NCBI GenBank assembly: GCA_965216565.1
Contig: OZ244170.1
Coordinates: forward strand, 3,392,001-3,456,000
DNA: 64,000 nucleotides
From: Bythopirellula sp.
Lineage (GTDB): Bacteria > Planctomycetota > Planctomycetia > Pirellulales > Lacipirellulaceae
Reading direction: 5' to 3'
Part shown: positions 61,831 through 64,000 of the stretch, one piece after another
How the letters are laid out: the number at the start of each line of letters is the position of its first letter
Numbering within the stretch: the first letter of the stretch is position 1
Translations under genes and position numbers: made by a program
Notes under the pieces: generated by a model
Databases searched by the model: none
What the model saw: only the letters and a program-made list of their open reading frames with translations
What the model was told of the DNA's origin: nothing

Positions 61831-63936
61831 TTGGCAGGCACCAAGCGAAAAAAGACCGTGGCAAACAGTTCGAAGAAGCCAGCTAAGAAGAAGCCCACCG
61901 CCCGAGCTAAATCGGCTAAGGCCAAATCGAGCGTTGGCGCTAACGGTGCCGCGCCCGTCAAACGCCGTACCACGGCCAAAGCAATGGCCGCCAAGCAACG
62001 GGATATCTCCGTCAGCGAGTTCTTCTCAAAAAACCGGCACCTGCTGGGATTCGACAATCCCCGTAAAGCGCTGCTTACCACCGTCAAAGAAGCGGTCGAC
62101 AACTCGCTCGACGCCTGCGAAGAGGCCGGAATCTTGCCCGAAATCTGGGTCCATGTTCAACAGACCGGCAACAATCGCTACAAAGTCGGCATCCAAGACA
62201 ATGGCCCCGGCATCCTTAAGAAGCAAATTCCATTGATCTTCGGCAAGCTGCTGTATGGCTCCAAGTTTCATCGACTACGCCAAAGCCGGGGTCAGCAAGG
62301 CATCGGAATTAGTGCCGCCGGCATGTACGGCGTGCAGACCACCGGCAAGCCGATCAAGATTATTTCTAAGGTGTCCGTACGCAAACCGGCCCACTACTAC
62401 GAAATTCAGATCGATACCAAAAAGAATCAGCCCAAAATCTTAAACAACCGTGGCGAAGGGCGCGACATCCCGCCTGGTGATAAGGGCGTGAAGGAGATTG
62501 AAAAGCATGGGATCGAATGGGTCGAGCAACCGCACGGCACCCGCGTAACGATCGAGCTGGAAGCCAAGTTTGTTCGCGGTCGCGGGAGTGTCGACGAGTA
62601 TCTACAGCAGACAGCTATCGCCAATCCCCATATCTCACTGCACTATATCGATCCGGAGGACTACGAATACGAATACGAACGCTCGGCTACCGTGCTGCCC
62701 CGGGAACCAAAGGAAATCAAACCGCATCCTTACGGCGTAGAACTTGGCCGGCTTGCCACAATGTTGGAAGATGCCGATTCGATGACGCTCTCGGAATTCT
62801 TTCGCACGAGTTTCTCGCGGGTCACACCGGCTGTCGCAAAGAAGATCTGCAATACAGCCAAGGTCAGCACCCGCAGCAACACGCACCGTGTCGGTCGTAA
62901 GGAGGTCGACTCCCTGTATCAGTCGATTCAGGATACGAAGATCTCCAACCCCGCCACCGACTGCATTTGTCCGATTGGCGAGGACCTTATTCTGAAGGGC
63001 CTGCACGAAGTGGTGCCTGGCGAATTCTACACTGCTGCCACTCGGCCCCCGTCCGTTTATCGTGGCAATCCGTTCCAAATTGAGGTCGGCTTGGCTTACG
63101 GCGGTACGGCTCCCACGCAGAATGTTACCAAAGAACTGCTGCTTGAGTTGCTTGATGAGACCGACGCCCGCACCGTACGGCAGTTTCTCATTCACACCTT
63201 CAACGGATTGGGAGGCGATGCAGCTGACAAAATCGTCAAAGCGGCAAGTCTCAGCACCCGGCAAAACCCCAGTAAACTGAAGCCGAAGGAGATCGAGAAA
63301 TTCTTCACCGCCATGAAGAAAGTGAATATCGCTGAGGGCCAGTCGATGGAAGTGATGCGTTATGCCAATCGTGTACCGCTACAGTTCCAACAGGCCGCCT
63401 GTGCCGTCACACAAACCGTCACCGGCACCAACTGGCGGAGCTATGGTTTGAGCCAGTCGCGAGGCTCCTTGCCGCGTGGGCCGGTTTCGCTGATGGTACA
63501 CATCGCCAGCGTTTGGGTGCCGTTCACCAGTGAATCGAAAGAAGCGATAGCCAACTATCCCGAGATTCAAAAAGAAATCCGTCTCGGTCTGCAAGCCGTC
63601 GGCCGCAAGCTAGGCATGTACCTGCGCCGACGATTGAAAGTAAAACAGCAATCCGATCGCCGCGAAATATTCATGCGGTACCTAAAAGAAGTCTCCAAAG
63701 CCGTGAGCGAAGTGAACGGTGCCAAGGAGAAGGAACTGTACGAACAGCTTGTCAAAGTCGCCAAACGCCGCACCGCAGAGGCCGACATGAAACTCGACGA
63801 CCGCGGCCGCCCCATTGAAGAGGATCCCACCGAATTGAACCTGGGCGATAACGTACTTATCGTCGACCCCTCGCAGCACAAGGCGGCGATCAATCGCGTG
63901 GAGATTGAAGAGGAAGAAGACGGCGAGGAAGAATGA
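61831..63936 (+). CDS. top6B: DNA topoisomerase VI subunit B
   Basis: [61 protein letters not shown]. Confidence 0.95.
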   Translation: MAGTKRKKTVANSSKKPAKKKPTARAKSAKAKSSVGANGAAPVKRRTTAKAMAAKQRDISVSEFFSKNRHLLGFDNPRKALLTTVKEAVDNSLDACEEAGILPEIWVHVQQTGNNRYKVGIQDNGPGILKKQIPLIFGKLLYGSKFHRLRQSRGQQGIGISAAGMYGVQTTGKPIKIISKVSVRKPAHYYEIQIDTKKNQPKILNNRGEGRDIPPGDKGVKEIEKHGIEWVEQPHGTRVTIELEAKFVRGRGSVDEYLQQTAIANPHISLHYIDPEDYEYEYERSATVLPREPKEIKPHPYGVELGRLATMLEDADSMTLSEFFRTSFSRVTPAVAKKICNTAKVSTRSNTHRVGRKEVDSLYQSIQDTKISNPATDCICPIGEDLILKGLHEVVPGEFYTAATRPPSVYRGNPFQIEVGLAYGGTAPTQNVTKELLLELLDETDARTVRQFLIHTFNGLGGDAADKIVKAASLSTRQNPSKLKPKEIEKFFTAMKKVNIAEGQSMEVMRYANRVPLQFQQAACAVTQTVTGTNWRSYGLSQSRGSLPRGPVSLMVHIASVWVPFTSESKEAIANYPEIQKEIRLGLQAVGRKLGMYLRRRLKVKQQSDRREIFMRYLKEVSKAVSEVNGAKEKELYEQLVKVAKRRTAEADMKLDDRGRPIEEDPTELNLGDNVLIVDPSQHKAAINRVEIEEEEDGEEE

Positions 63937-64000
63937 TTTCTCTCCAAGACGCCAAAAACGATTACGAGTTATCAAGTTTTATCCCTCTGATCTGACCAAC

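Overview
Core-chromosome segment of a planctomycete. The PEP-CTERM proteins with GDxDxDGDVDG repeats, BBP2-type porin, topoisomerase VI and small secreted aromatic-rich proteins suggest Pirellulales/Lacipirellulaceae (inference). About 52 CDS are supported: housekeeping genes (alaS, nnrE, guaB, an RpoD-like sigma factor, lysA, infA, fmt, def, top6B, a cold-shock protein) interleaved with accessory modules. No rRNA, intact tRNA, CRISPR array or transposase was seen. The best candidate for an undescribed system is a cyclic-nucleotide module. It combines a receptor fusing a non-canonical class III cyclase, a Ser/Thr kinase, a TM helix and a Cache-like sensor (22979-25678) with a nearby Crp-family regulator (19558-20310). 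CRP-type TGTGA-N6-TCACA boxes sit in all three divergent spacers of the adjacent DUF3179/three-glycosyltransferase/DUF547 cluster and upstream of a ferredoxin. Other notable items are a three-gene GAF-HlyD / HlyD / M50-peptidase-HlyD operon with no ABC transporter or TolC, a porin with a 24-cysteine repeat tract, a tandem pair of DUF697-type GTPases, a PEP-CTERM GH25 lysozyme, a Top6B with a duplicated H2TH-like domain, and several families of intergenic REP-like and short periodic repeats. All family calls come from visual motif recognition; no database searches were run.
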